Assembly (NCBI GenBank): GCA_963693365.1
Contig: CAVNZM010000004.1
Coordinates: 8,221,093 to 8,285,092, forward strand
DNA from: Amoebidium appalachense
Lineage: Eukaryota > Protista > Ichthyosporea
DNA: 64,000 nucleotides
Reading direction: 5' to 3'
This document shows positions 1 through 13,800 of this stretch, piece by piece (position 1 is the stretch's first letter; every line of letters starts with the position of its first letter). The notes below the pieces were generated by a model, which saw only the letters and a program-made list of their open reading frames with translations, was not told the DNA's origin and did no database searches. The position numbers were made by a program, and so were the translations under genes.

Positions 1-3000
1 CTGCCTGTACGTCCCGGCGCCAGTGCCATCAACCCCTGTTGTTGGGCCCATCATTGGCGGTCTGCTGAACGATACCAACGGCGACGGTCTGAAGGACGCC
101 AACGACACCGGCCTGGGCAACGTCACTGTTCAGCTGGTGGCTCCCAACGGCACGGTGGTTGCCGAGGTGCAGACGCAGCCCAACGGCGCGTTCATCATCC
201 CGCCGATCAACTGCACGGACTGCACCATCCGGGTTGTTCCCGAGACGCTGCCCAACAACACCAACCCCATTGCCGAGGTGCCTTTTGGCAATGGCACTGG
301 CATTGTGGATGTGCCTTCCAATGGCACGCTGCCTGTTGATGTTGACTGCAACGGCACTGCCTGCACGTCCACCCCAGTGACTCCGCCGTCGCTGCCAGAT
401 ATCTCCGGCGCGATCTTCAATGACGCCAACAAGGATGGAGTGCGCGACCCCACGGACCCTGTCCTGGGCAACGTGACTGTGCAGCTTGTGGACGCCAATG
501 GCACGGTTGTTGGCGAGACACAGACACTGCCCAACGGCACGTTTGTGTTCCCCGACGTGCCTCCTGGCAACTACAGCGTCCGTGTGGTGCCGGAGACGCT
601 GCCCAGCAATGCGCAGGCCCCGTCAGCCAACCTGCCCAGTGATGGTGGCAACAGCACGGTGGTTCCCATTCAGCCGAGCGGCGCCATCTCGGGAACTGAG
701 GTTTGCACTGAGGCGTCTGGCTGCCTGTACGTCCCGGCGCCAGTGCCATCAACCCCTGTTGTTGGGCCCATCATTGGCGGTCTGCTGAACGATACCAACG
801 GCGACGGTCTGAAGGACGCCAACGACACCGGCCTGGGCAACGTCACTGTTCAGCTGGTGGCTCCCAACGGCACGGTGGTTGCCGAGGTGCAGACGCAGCC
901 CAACGGCGCGTTCATCATCCCGCCGATCAACTGCGCGGACTGCACCATCCGGGTTGTTCCCGAGACGCTGCCCAACAACACCAACCCCATTGCCGAGGTG
1001 CCTTTTGGCAATGGCACTGGCATTGTGGATGTGCCTTCCAATGGCACGCTGCCTGTTGATGTTGACTGCAACGGCACTGCCTGCACGTCCACCCCAGTGA
1101 CTCCGCCGTCGCTGCCAGATATCACCGGCGCGATCTTCAATGACGCCAACAAGGATGGAGTGCGCGACCCCACGGACCCTGTCCTGGGCAACGTGACTGT
1201 GCAGCTGGTGGACGCCAATGGCACGGTTGTTGGCGAGACACAGACACTGCCCAACGGCACGTTTGTGTTCCCCGACCTGCCTCCTGGCAACTACAGCATC
1301 CGTGTGGTGCCGGAGACGCTGCCCAGCAATGCGCAGGCCCCGTCAGCCAACCTGCCCAGTGATGGTGGCAACAGCACGGTGGTTCCCATTCAGCCGAGCG
1401 GCGCCATCTCGGGAACTGAGGTTTGCACTGAGGCGTCTGGCTGCCTGTACGTCCCGGCGCCAGTGCCATCAACCCCTGTTGTTGGGCCCATCATTGGCGG
1501 TCTGCTGAACGATACCAACGGCGACGGTCTGAAGGACGCCAACGACACCGGCCTGGGCAACGTCACTGTTCAGCTGGTGGCTCCCAACGGCACGGTGGTT
1601 GCCGAGGTGCAGACGCAGCCCAACGGCGCGTTCATCATCCCGCCGATCAACTGCGCGGACTGCACCATCCGGGTTGTTCCCGAGACGCTGCCCAACAACA
1701 CCAACCCCATTGCCGAGGTGCCTTTTGGCAATGGCACTGGCATTGTGGATGTGCCTTCCAATGGCACGCTGCCTGTTGATGTTGACTGCAACGGCACTGC
1801 CTGCACGTCCACCCCAGTGACTCCGCCGTCGCTGCCAGATATCTCCGGCGCGATCTTCAATGACGCCAACAAGGATGGAGTGCGCGACCCCACGGACCCT
1901 GTCCTGGGCAACGTGACTGTGCAGCTTGTGGACGCCAATGGCACGGTTGTTGGCGAGACACAGACACTGCCCAACGGCACGTTTGTGTTCCCCGACGTGC
2001 CTCCTGGCAACTACAGCATCCGTGTGGTGCCGGAGACGCTGCCCAGCAATGCGCAGGCCCCGTCAGCCAACCTGCCCAGTGATGGTGGCAACAGCACGGT
2101 GGTTCCCATTCAGCCGAGCGGCGCCATCTCGGGAACTGAGGTTTGCACTGAGGCGTCTGGCTGCCTGTACGTCCCGGCGCCAGTGCCATCAACCCCTGTT
2201 GTTGGGCCCATCATTGGCGGTCTGCTGAACGATACCAACGGCGACGGTCTGAAGGACGCCAACGACACCGGCCTGGGCAACGTCACTGTTCAGCTGGTGG
2301 CCCCCAACGGCACGGTGGTTGCCGAGGTGCAGACGCAGCCCAACGGCGCGTTCATCATCCCGCCGATCAACTGCGCGGACTGCACCATCCGGGTTGTTCC
2401 CGAGACGCTGCCCAACAACACCAACCCCATTGCCGAGGTGCCTTTTGGCAATGGCACTGGCATTGTGGATGTGCCTTCCAATGGCACGCTGCCTGTTGAT
2501 GTTGACTGCAACGGCACTGCCTGCACGTCCACCCCAGTGACTCCGCCGTCGCTGCCAGATATCACCGGCGCGATCTTCAATGACGCCAACAAGGATGGAG
2601 TGCGCGACCCCACGGACCCTGTCCTGGGCAACGTGACTGTGCAGCTGGTGGACGCCAATGGCACGGTTGTTGGCGAGACACAGACACTGCCCAACGGCAC
2701 GTTTGTGTTCCCCGACGTGCCTCCTGGCAACTACAGCATCCGTGTGGTGCCGGAGACGCTGCCCAGCAATGCGCAGGCCCCGTCAGCCAACCTGCCCAGT
2801 GATGGTGGCAACAGCACGGTGGTTCCCATTCAGCCGAGCGGCGCCATCTCGGGAACTGAGGTTTGCACTGAGGCGTCTGGCTGCCTGTACGTCCCGGCGC
2901 CAGTGCCATCAACCCCTGTTGTTGGGCCCATCATTGGCGGTCTGCTGAACGATACCAACGGCGACGGTCTGAAGGACGCCAACGACACCGGCCTGGGCAA

Positions 3001-6000
3001 CGTCACTGTTCAGCTGGTGGCTCCCAACGGCACGGTGGTTGCCGAGGTGCAGACGCAGCCCAACGGCGCGTTCATCATCCCGCCGATCAACTGCGCGGAC
3101 TGCACCATCCGGGTTGTTCCCGAGACGCTGCCCAACAACACCAACCCCATTGCCGAGGTGCCTTTTGGCAATGGCACTGGCATTGTGGATGTGCCTTCCA
3201 ATGGCACGCTGCCTGTTGATGTTGACTGCAACGGCACTGCCTGCACGTCCACCCCAGTGACTCCGCCGTCGCTGCCAGATATCACCGGCGCGATCTTCAA
3301 TGACGCCAACAAGGATGGAGTGCGCGACCCCACGGACCCTGTCCTGGGCAACGTGACTGTGCAGCTGGTGGACGCCAATGGCACGGTTGTTGGCGAGACA
3401 CAGACACTGCCCAACGGCACGTTTGTGTTCCCCGACATGCCCCCTGGCAACTACAGCGTCCGTGTGGTGCCGGAGACGCTGCCCAGCAATGCGCAGGCCC
3501 CGTCAGCCAACCTGCCCAGTGATGGTGGCAACAGCACGGTGGTTCCCATTCAGCCCAGCGGCGCCATCTCGGGAACTGAGGTTTGCACTGAGGCGTCTGG
3601 CTGCCTGTACGTCCCGGCGCCAGTGCCATCAACCCCTGTTGTTGGGCCCATCATTGGCGGTCTGCTGAACGATACCAACGGCGACGGTCTGAAGGACGCC
3701 AACGACACCGGCCTGGGCAACGTCACTGTTCAGCTGGTGGCCCCCAACGGCACGGTGGTTGCCGAAGTGCAGACGCAGCCCAACGGCGCGTTCATCATCC
3801 CGCCGATCAACTGCGCGGACTGCACCATCCGGGTTGTTCCCGAGACGCTGCCCAACAACACCAACCCCATTGCCGAGGTGCCTTTTGGCAATGGCACTGG
3901 CATTGTGGATGTGCCTCCCAATGGCACGCTGCCTGTTGATGTGGACTGCAACGGCACTGCCTGCACGTCCACTCCAGCGACTCCGCCCTCGCTGCCAGAT
4001 ATCACCGGCGCGATCTTCAATGACGCCAACAAGGATGGAGTGCGCGACCCCACGGACCCTGTCCTGGGCAACGTGACTGTGCAGCTGGTGGACGCCAATG
4101 GCACGGTTGTTGGCGAGACACAGACACTGCCCAACGGCACGTTTGTGTTCCCCGACATGCCCCCTGGCAACTACAGCGTCCGTGTGGTGCCGGAGACGCT
4201 GCCCAGCAATGCGCAGGCCCCGTCAGCCAACCTGCCCAGTGATGGTGGCAACAGCACGGTGGTTCCCATTCAGCCCAGCGGCGCCATCTCGGGAACTGAG
4301 GTTTGCACTGAGGCGTCTGGCTGCCTGTACGTCCCGGCGCCAGTGCCATCAACCCCTGTTGTTGGGCCCATCATTGGCGGTCTGCTGAACGATACCAACG
4401 GCGACGGTCTGAAGGACGCCAACGACACCGGCCTGGGCAACGTCACTGTTCAGCTGGTGGCTCCCAACGGCACGGTGGTTGCCGAGGTGCAGACGCAGCC
4501 CAACGGCGCGTTCATCATCCCGCCGATCAACTGCGCGGACTGCACCATCCGGGTTGTTCCCGAGACGCTGCCCAACAACACCAACCCCATTGCCAAGGTG
4601 CCTTTTGGCAATGGCACTGGCATTGTGGATGTGCCTCCCAATGGCACGCTGCCTGTTGATGTTGACTGCAACGGCACTGCCTGCACGTCCACTCCAGTGA
4701 CTCCGCCGTCGCTGCCAGATATCACCGGCGCGATCTTCAATGACGCCAACAAGGATGGAGTGCGCGACCCCACGGACCCTGTCCTGGGCAACGTGACTGT
4801 GCAGCTGGTGGACGCCAATGGCACTGTTGTTGGCGAGACACAGACACTGCCCAACGGCACGTTTGTGTTCCCCGACATGCCCCCTGGCAACTACAGCGTC
4901 CGTGTGGTGCCGGAGACACTGCCCAGCAATGCGCAGGCCCCGTCAGCCAACCTGCCCAGTGATGGTGGCAACAGCACGGTGGTTCCCATTCAGCCCAGCG
5001 GCGCCATCTCGGGAACTGAGGTTTGCACTGAGGCGTCTGGCTGCCTGTACGTCCCGGCGCCAGTGCCATCAACCCCTGTTGTTGGGCCCATCATTGGCGG
5101 TCTGATGAACGATACCAACGGCGACGGTCTGAAGGACGCCAACGACACCGGCCTGGGCAACGTCACTGTTCAGCTGGTGGCCCCCAACGGCACGGTGGTT
5201 GCCGAGGTGCAGACGCAGCCCAACGGCGCGTTCATCATCCCGCCGATCAACTGCACGGACTGCACCATCCGGGTTGTTCCCGAGACGCTGCCCAACAACA
5301 CCAACCCCATTGCCGAGGTGCCTTTTGGCAATGGCACTGGCATTGTGGATGTGCCTCCCAATGGCACGCTGCCTGTTGATGTGGACTGCAACGGCGCTGC
5401 CTGCACGTCCACTCCAGCGACTCCGCCCTCGCTGCCAGATATCACCGGCGCGATCTTCAATGACGCCAACAAGGATGGAGTGCGCGACCCCACGGACCCT
5501 GTCCTGGGCAACGTGACTGTGCAGCTGGTGGACGCCAATGGCACTGTTGTTGGCGAGACACAGACACTGCCCAACGGCACGTTTGTGTTCCCCGACATGC
5601 CCCCTGGCAACTACAGCGTCCGTGTGGTGCCGGAGACGCTGCCCAGCAATGCGCAGGCCCCGTCAGCCAACCTGCCCAGTGATGGTGGCAACAGCACGGT
5701 GGTTCCCATTCAGCCCAGCGGCGCCATCTCGGGAACTGAGGTTTGCACTGAGGCGTCTGGCTGCCTGTACGTCCCGGCGCCAGTGCCATCAACCCCTGTT
5801 GTTGGGCCCATCATTGGCGGTCTGCTGAACGATACCAACGGCGACGGTCTGAAGGACGCCAACGACACCGGCCTGGGCAACGTCACTGTTCAGCTGGTGG
5901 CTCCCAACGGCACGGTGGTTGCCGAGGTGCAGACGCAGCCCAACGGCGCGTTCATCATCCCGCCGATCAACTGCGCGGACTGCACCATCCGGGTTGTTCC

Positions 6001-7880
6001 CGAGACGCTGCCCAACAACACCAACCCCATTGCCGAGGTGCCTTTTGGCAATGGCACTGGCATTGTGGATGTGCCTTCCAATGGCACGCTGCCTGTTGAT
6101 GTTGACTGCAACGGCACTGCCTGCACGTCCACCCCAGTGACTCCGCCGTCGCTGCCAGATATCACCGGCGCGATCTTCAATGACGCCAACAAGGATGGAG
6201 TGCGCGACCCCACGGACCCTGTCCTGGGCAACGTGACTGTGCAGCTGGTGGACGCCAATGGCACGGTTGTTGGCGAGACACAGACACTGCCCAACGGCAC
6301 GTTTGTGTTCCCCGACATGCCCCCTGGCAACTACAGCGTCCGTGTGGTGCCGGAGACACTGCCCAGCAATGCGCAGGCCCCGTCAGCCAACCTGCCCAGT
6401 GATGGTGGCAACAGCACGGTGGTTCCCATTCAGCCCAGCGGCGCCATCTCGGGAACAGAGGTTTGCACTGAGGCGTCTGGCTGCCTGTACGTCCCGGCGC
6501 CAGTGCCATCAACCCCTGTTGTTGGGCCCATCATTGGCGGTCTGCTGAACGATACCAACGGCGACGGTCTGAAGGACGCCAACGACACCGGCCTGGGCAA
6601 CGTCACTGTTCAGCTGGTGACCCCCAACGGCACGGTGGTTGCTGAGGTGCAGACGCAGCCCAACGGCGCGTTCATCATCCCGCCGATCAACTGCGCGGAC
6701 TGCACCATCCGGGTTGTTCCCGAGACGATGCCCAACAACACCAACCCCATTGCCGAGGTGCCTTTTGGCAATGGCACTGGCATTGTGGATGTGCCTCCGA
6801 ATGGCACGCTGCCTGTTGATGTTGACTGCAACGGCACTGCCTGCACGTCCACTCCAGCGACTCCGCCGTCGCTGCCAGATATCACCGGCGCGATCTTCAA
6901 TGACGCCAACAAGGATGGAGTGCGCGACCCCACGGACCCTGTCCTGGGCAACGTGACTGTGCAGCTGGTGGACGCCAATGGCACGGTTGTTGGCGAGACA
7001 CAGACACTGCCCAACGGCACGTTTGTGTTCCCCGATGTGCCCCCTGGCAACTACAGCGTCCGTGTGGTGCCGGAGACGCTGCCCAGCAATGCGCAGGCCC
7101 CGTCAGCCAACCTGCCCAGTGATGGTGGCAACAGCACGGTGGTTCCCATTCAGCCCAGCGGCGCCATCTCGGGAACAGAGGTTTGCACTGAGGCGTCTGG
7201 CTGCCTGTACGTCCCGGCGCCAGTGCCATCAACCCCTGTTGTTGGGCCCATCATTGGCGGTCTGCTGAACGATACCAACGGTGACGGGCTGAAGGACGCC
7301 AACGACACCGGCCTGGGCAACGTCACTGTTCAGCTGGTGGCCCCCAACGGCACGGTGGTTGCCGAGGTGCAGACACAGCCCAATGGCGCGTTCATCATCC
7401 CGCCGATCAACTGCACGGACTGCACCATCCGGGTTGTTCCCGAGACGCTGCCCAACAACACCAACCCCATTGCCGAGATGCCTCTTGGCAATGTCACTGG
7501 CATTGTGGATGTGCCTCCCAATGGCACGCTGCCTGTTGATGTTGACTGCAACGGCACTGCCTGCACGTTTACCCCAGTGACTCCGCCGTCGCTGCCAGAT
7601 ATCACCGGCGCGATCTTCAATGACGCCAACAAGGATGGAGTGCGCGACCCCACGGACCCAGTCCTGGGCAACGTGACTGTGCAGCTTGTGGACGCCAGTG
7701 GCACGGTTGTTGGCGAGACACAGACACTGCCCAACGGCACGTTTGTGTTCCCCGACGTGCCCCCTGGCAACTACAGCGTCCGTGTGGTGCCGGAGACCCT
7801 GCCCAGCAATGCGCAGGCCCCGTCAGCCAACCTGCCCAGTGATGGTGGCAACAGCACGGTGGTTCCCATTCAGCCCAGCG
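1..7880 (+). repeat. Coding tandem array block 1: about 11 units of 720 bp (240 aa, two SdrD-B-like domains per unit)
   Basis: Sequence lines recur every 720 nt (1, 721, 1441 ... 7201) with only scattered substitutions. Confidence 0.97.
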
Positions 7881-10800
7881 GCACCATCCCGGGCAACGAG
7901 GTGTGCACAGATGCTTCTGGTTGCCTGTTTGTCCCAAGCCCATCAGCTGTGCAAGGCTCTGCGGAGATCATTGTTGTTGTTGACGAGAACCGCGATGGGC
8001 AGTACACGAACGGCACGGATGGGCCTGTGGCCAATGCTGTTGTTGTGTTGGAGGTTGCAGCAACCTCTCGGCGTCGGGCTGTGACCTGGACGCAGGTGGC
8101 TAACAGCACCACAGATGCGGCTGGGCGCACGTCGTTTGGCAACCTCACGGCAGGACAGTACCGGATGGTTATTGTTCCATCGACTCTGGGCAACCGTGTG
8201 GTGACCTTCGATGGGGACAACACGACGGATGGAATTTCCTACTTCAGCATCACCAAGGGTGAGCACGTTGTGGTGTACATGGGTGTCCAGGCAAGCAAGG
8301 ACCAGCTGACAGGCACCATCTTCAACGACAACAATGGTGATGGCCAACTCGGTCCCAACGACACAGTGCTTACCAACGTCAAAGTGCAGCTTGTGCACCC
8401 CAACGGCACTGTGATTGCCGTAGTGGCCACGGAAGCCAATGGGGTCTTTGTGTTCCCCCCGGTTGACTGTGTGGACTGCAAGATTGTTGTGGATCCGGCC
8501 ACGCTCCCGGCCAACGCTATGGACCCGTCTGCCGAGATTGTGCAGCCGACAGGTGAGAAGATTACGGACACGATCAAGGCCGATGGCTCAATGCCCGGCA
8601 CTGTTGACTGCAGCCTGGCAGGTGGATGCACCTACGTTCCTGCAGAGACGCTGCAGGGTGAGATCTTCAATGATGCCAACAAGGATGGTATTCGCGACCC
8701 CACGGACCCTGGTCTGGGCAACGTGACAGTGCAGCTTGTGGATGCCAATGGCAATGTTGTTGGAGAGACGCAGACTCTGTCGAACGGCTCATTTGCCTTC
8801 CCCGGTGTGCCCGTGGGCAACTATACCCTCCATGTTGTTCCTGAGACTCTGCCCAGCAATGCGCAGACCCCGTCTGCCTACCTGCCCAGCGAGGGTGGCA
8901 ACAAGACGGTTGTGCCGGTTGAGCCCAATGGTGCCATCCCGGGTACGAAGGTGTGCACGGAGGCATCTGGCTGCCTGTACTACCCAGCGCCCAAGCCCAC
9001 CGGCACCATCTTCAACGACACGAACGGCGATGGGCTGCTTGGGCCTGAGGACCAGCCACTGGCCAACGTCACGGTGCAGCTTGTGCATCCCAACGGCACT
9101 GTGATTGCCGTGGTGACCACTGACCCGAACGGAGACTTCACCTTTCCGCCTGTGGACTGTGTGGACTGCAAGATTGTTGTGGATCCCAGCACCCTCCCGG
9201 CCAACGCCACCAACCCATCCGCCGAGATTGTGCAGCCGACTGGCGAGACAATTACGGACCCGATCAAGGATGACGGCTCCATCCCGGGCACTGTTGACTG
9301 CACCAAGCCCACCGGCTGCACGTACACGCCAGGGCAGATGCTGCAGGGCGAGATCTTCAATGATGCCAACAAGGATGGCATGCGTGACCCTACGGACCCT
9401 GGCCTTGGCAACGTGACGGTGCAGATTGTGGATGCCAACGGGAACATTGTGGGCGAGACACAGACTCTGCCCAACGGCTCATTTGCCTTCCCTGACGTGC
9501 CTGTGGGCAACTACACCATCCGTGTTGTACCCGAGACGGTTCCCAGCAATGCACAGACGCCGTCTGCATACCTGCCCAGTGATGGTGGCAACAGCACGGT
9601 GGTTCCCATTCAGCCCAGCGGCGCCATCTCTGGAACTGAGGTTTGCACTGAGGCATCTGGCTGCCTGTACGTCCTGTCGCCAGTGCCATCAACCCCTGTT
9701 GTTGGGCCCATCATTGGCGGTCTGCTGAACGATACCAACGGCGACGGTCTGAAGGACGCCAACGACACCGGCCTGGGCAACGTCACTGTTCAGCTGGTGG
9801 CTCCCAACGGCACGGTGGTTGCCGAGGTGCAGACGCTGCCCAACGGCGCGTTCATCATCCCGCCGATCAACTGCACGGACTGCACCATCCGGGTTGTTCC
9901 CGAGACGCTGCCCAACAACGCCAACCCCATTGCCGAGGTGCCTCTTGGCAATGGCACTGGCATTGTGGATGTGCCTCCCAATGGCACGCTGCCTGTTGAT
10001 GTTGACTGCAACGGCACTGCCTGCACGTTCACCCCAGTGACTCCGCCGTCGCTGCCAGATATCACCGGCGCGATCTTCAATGACGCCAACAAGGATGGAG
10101 TGCGCGACCCCACGGACCCTGTCCTGGGCAACGTGACTGTGCAGCTTGTGGACGCCAATGGCACGGTTGTTGGCGAGACACAGACACTGCCCAACGGCAC
10201 GTTTGTGTTCCCCGACGTGCCCCCTGGCAACTACAGCATCCGTGTGGTGCCGGAGACGCTGCCCAGCAATGCGCAGGCCCCATCAGCCAACCTGCCCAGT
10301 GATGGTGGCAACAGCACGGTGGTTCCCATTGAGCCCAGCGGCGCCATCTCGGGAACTGAGGTTTGCACTGAGGCGTCTGGCTGCCTGTACGTCCCGGCGC
10401 CAGTGCCAACAACCCCTGTTGTTGGGCCCATCATTGGCACTCTGCTGAACGACACGAACGGGGACGGGTTGAAGGATGCCAACGACACCGGCCTGGGCAA
10501 CGTCACTGTTCAGCTGGTGGCTCCCAACGGCACGGTGGTTGCCGAGGTGCAGACGCTGCCCAACGGCGCGTTCATCATCCCGCCGATCAACTGCACGGAC
10601 TGCACCATCCGGGTTGTTCCCGAGACGCTGCCCAACAACGCCAACCCCATTGCCGAGGTGCCTCTTGGCAATGGCACTGGCATTGTGGATGTGCCTCCCA
10701 ATGGCACGCTGCCTGTTGATGTTGACTGCAACGGCACTGCCTGCACGTTCACCCCAGTGACTCCGCCGTCGCTGCCAGATATCACCGGCGCGATCTTCAA

Positions 10801-13800
10801 TGACGCCAACAAGGATGGAGTGCGCGACCCCACGGACCCTGTCCTGGGCAACGTGACTGTGCAGCTTGTGGACGCCAATGGCACGGTTGTTGGCGAGACA
10901 CAGACACTGCCCAACGGCACGTTTGTGTTCCCCGACGTGCCCCCTGGCAACTACAGCATCCGTGTGGTGCCGGAGACGCTGCCCAGCAATGCGCAGGCCC
11001 CGTCAGCCAACCTGCCCAGTGATGGTGGCAACAGCACGGTGGTTCCCATTGAGCCCAGCGGCGCCATCTCGGGAACTGAGGTTTGCACTGAGGCGTCTGG
11101 CTGCCTGTACGTCCCGGCGCCAGTGCCAACAACCCCTGTTGTTGGGCCCATCATTGGCACTCTGCTGAACGATACCAACGGCGACGGTCTGAAGGACGCC
11201 AACGACACCGGCCTGGGCAACGTCACTGTTCAGCTTGTGGCTCCCAACGGCACGGTGGTGGCCGAGGTGCAGACGCTGCCCAACGGCGCGTTCATCATCC
11301 CGCCGATCAACTGCACGGACTGCACCATCCGGGTTGTTCCCGAGACGCTGCCCAACAACGCCAACCCCATTGCCGAGGTGCCTCTTGGCAATGGCACTGG
11401 CATTGTGGATGTGCCTCCCAATGGCACGCTGCCTGTTGATGTTGACTGCAACGGCACTGCCTGCACGTTCACCCCAGTGACTCCGCCGTCGCTGCCAGAT
11501 ATCACCGGCGCGATCTTCAATGACGCCAACAAGGATGGAGTGCGTGACCCCACGGACCCTGTCCTGGGCAACGTGACTGTGCAGCTGGTGGACGCCAATG
11601 GCAATGTTGTTGGAGAGACGCAGACTCTGCCGAACGGCTCATTTGCGTTCCCCGGTGTGGCCGTGGGCAACTATACCCTCCGGGTTGTGCCCTCAACTGT
11701 GCCCAGCAACTCCGATGCCCCGTCGGCTTATCTGCCCACAGAAATCGGAGCCAAGGCTGTTGTGCCTGTAGGTGCCGATGGCAGCATTCCGGGCACCGAA
11801 GTGTGCACAGAGGCAATTGGCTGCCTTTATTATCCGCCCCAGCCTGCATCGCTCAGTGGCACCCTGTTTGATGATATCAACGGGGATGGAGTCAGGGGCG
11901 CCAACGACAGTGCACTGGCCAATGTCACTGTTCAGCTGGTGCTTCCCAACGGCACCGTGGTTGCTGAGGTGACTACGAATGCCAACGGCACGTTCACCTT
12001 CCCTCCAATCGACTGTGCCGACTGTAAGTTGGTGGTCGATCAGACGACTTTGCCCCCTGGGGCCAAGGATCCGTCTGCGGAGATTAACCAGCCCGATGGC
12101 ACCACGGCAACGGATGCCCTGGGACCGAACGGGACACTGCCGGGCACAGTGGATTGCACCCTGGGTGTGGGTTGCACATTCACACCTGTTCCAGCTGGAG
12201 TACCATTCACAGGACAGATCATTAATGACCTGGGTGGTGATGGTGTGCGCAATGCCACTGACCCTGGCCTCGGTGGGGTGACAGTCCAGCTGGTGGATGC
12301 AAATGGCAATGTTGTCGGGGAAGCTACCACGCTTCCAAACGGCACGTTTGTGTTCCCTGATGTGCCTCCCGGCAACTACAGCATCCGGGTGGATCCTGCC
12401 AGCCTACCTGCTGGAGTGACGGACCCAGCAGCGTACCTTCCCACAGAAGGTGGCCAGAATGCTGTGGCCCCAATCAACACGGACGGTTCGATCCTGGGCA
12501 AGGAGGTGTGTACGGGCAGCTCTGGGTGCTCGTTCTACCCTGCACCGAGCAGCCCGGTTACCGGCACCATCTTTGACGACACCAATGGCGATGGCATCCT
12601 CGGACCTAATGACACGACTCTGGCCAACGTCACTGTGCAGCTGGTGCAGCCCAACGGCACTGTGATTGCTGTGGTGATCACGGACGCCAACGGGGACTTC
12701 ACCTTCCCGCCTGTGGACTGCACGGACTGCAAGGTTGTGGTTGACCCGACCACGCTTCCCACCAGCACACAGGAGCCAACGGCGGAGCTGGTGCAGCCCA
12801 ACGGTAACAGGGTTACCGACCCCATCCAGGCGGACGGCTCGATGCCCGGCACTGTTGATTGCACCAAGCCCACTGGCTGCACGTACACGCCAGCACAGAC
12901 GCTGCAAGGCGAGATCTTCAGTGATGCCAACAAGGACGGCGTGCACGACCCGACAGAGCCAGGCCTGGGCAACGTGACGGTGCAGCTTCTGGATTCCACC
13001 GGCAAGGTTGTAGGCGAGACACAGACTCTGCCCAATGGGTCGTTTGCCTTCCCCGATGTGCCTGTAGGTAACTACAGCATCCGTGTTGTTCCTGAGACTC
13101 TACCCAGCAATGCGCAGACCCCGTCTGCCTACCTGCCCAGCGAGGGTGGAAACAAGACGGTTGTGCCGGTTGAGCCCAATGGTGCCATCCCGGGTACGGA
13201 GGTGTGCACGGAGGCATCTGGCTGCCTGTACTACCCAGCGCCCAAGCCCACCGGCACCATCTTCAACGACACGAACGGCGATGGGCTGCTTGGGCCCGAG
13301 GACCAGCCACTGGCCAACGTCACGGTGCAGCTTGTGCATCCCAACGGCACTGTGATTGCCGTGGTGACCACTGACCCGAACGGAGGCTTCACCTTCCCGC
13401 CTGTGGACTGTGTGGACTGCAAGATTGTTGTGGATCCCAGCACCCTCCCGGCCAACGCCACCAACCCATCCGCCGAGATTGTGCAGCCGACTGGCGAGAC
13501 GATTACGGACCCGATCAAGGATGACGGCTCCATCCCGGGCACTGTTGACTGCACCAAGCCCACCGGCTGCACGTACATGCCAGGGCAGATGCTGCAGGGC
13601 CAGATCTTCAATGATGCCAACAAGGATGGGGTGCGTGACCCTACGGACCCTGGCCTTGGCAACGTGACGGTGCAGCTGGTGGATGCCAACGGGAACGTTG
13701 TGGGCGAAGCACAGACTCTGTCCAACGGCTCATTTGCCTTCCCTGGTGTGCCTGTGGGCAACTACACCATCCGTGTTGTACCCGAGACGGTTCCAAGCAA

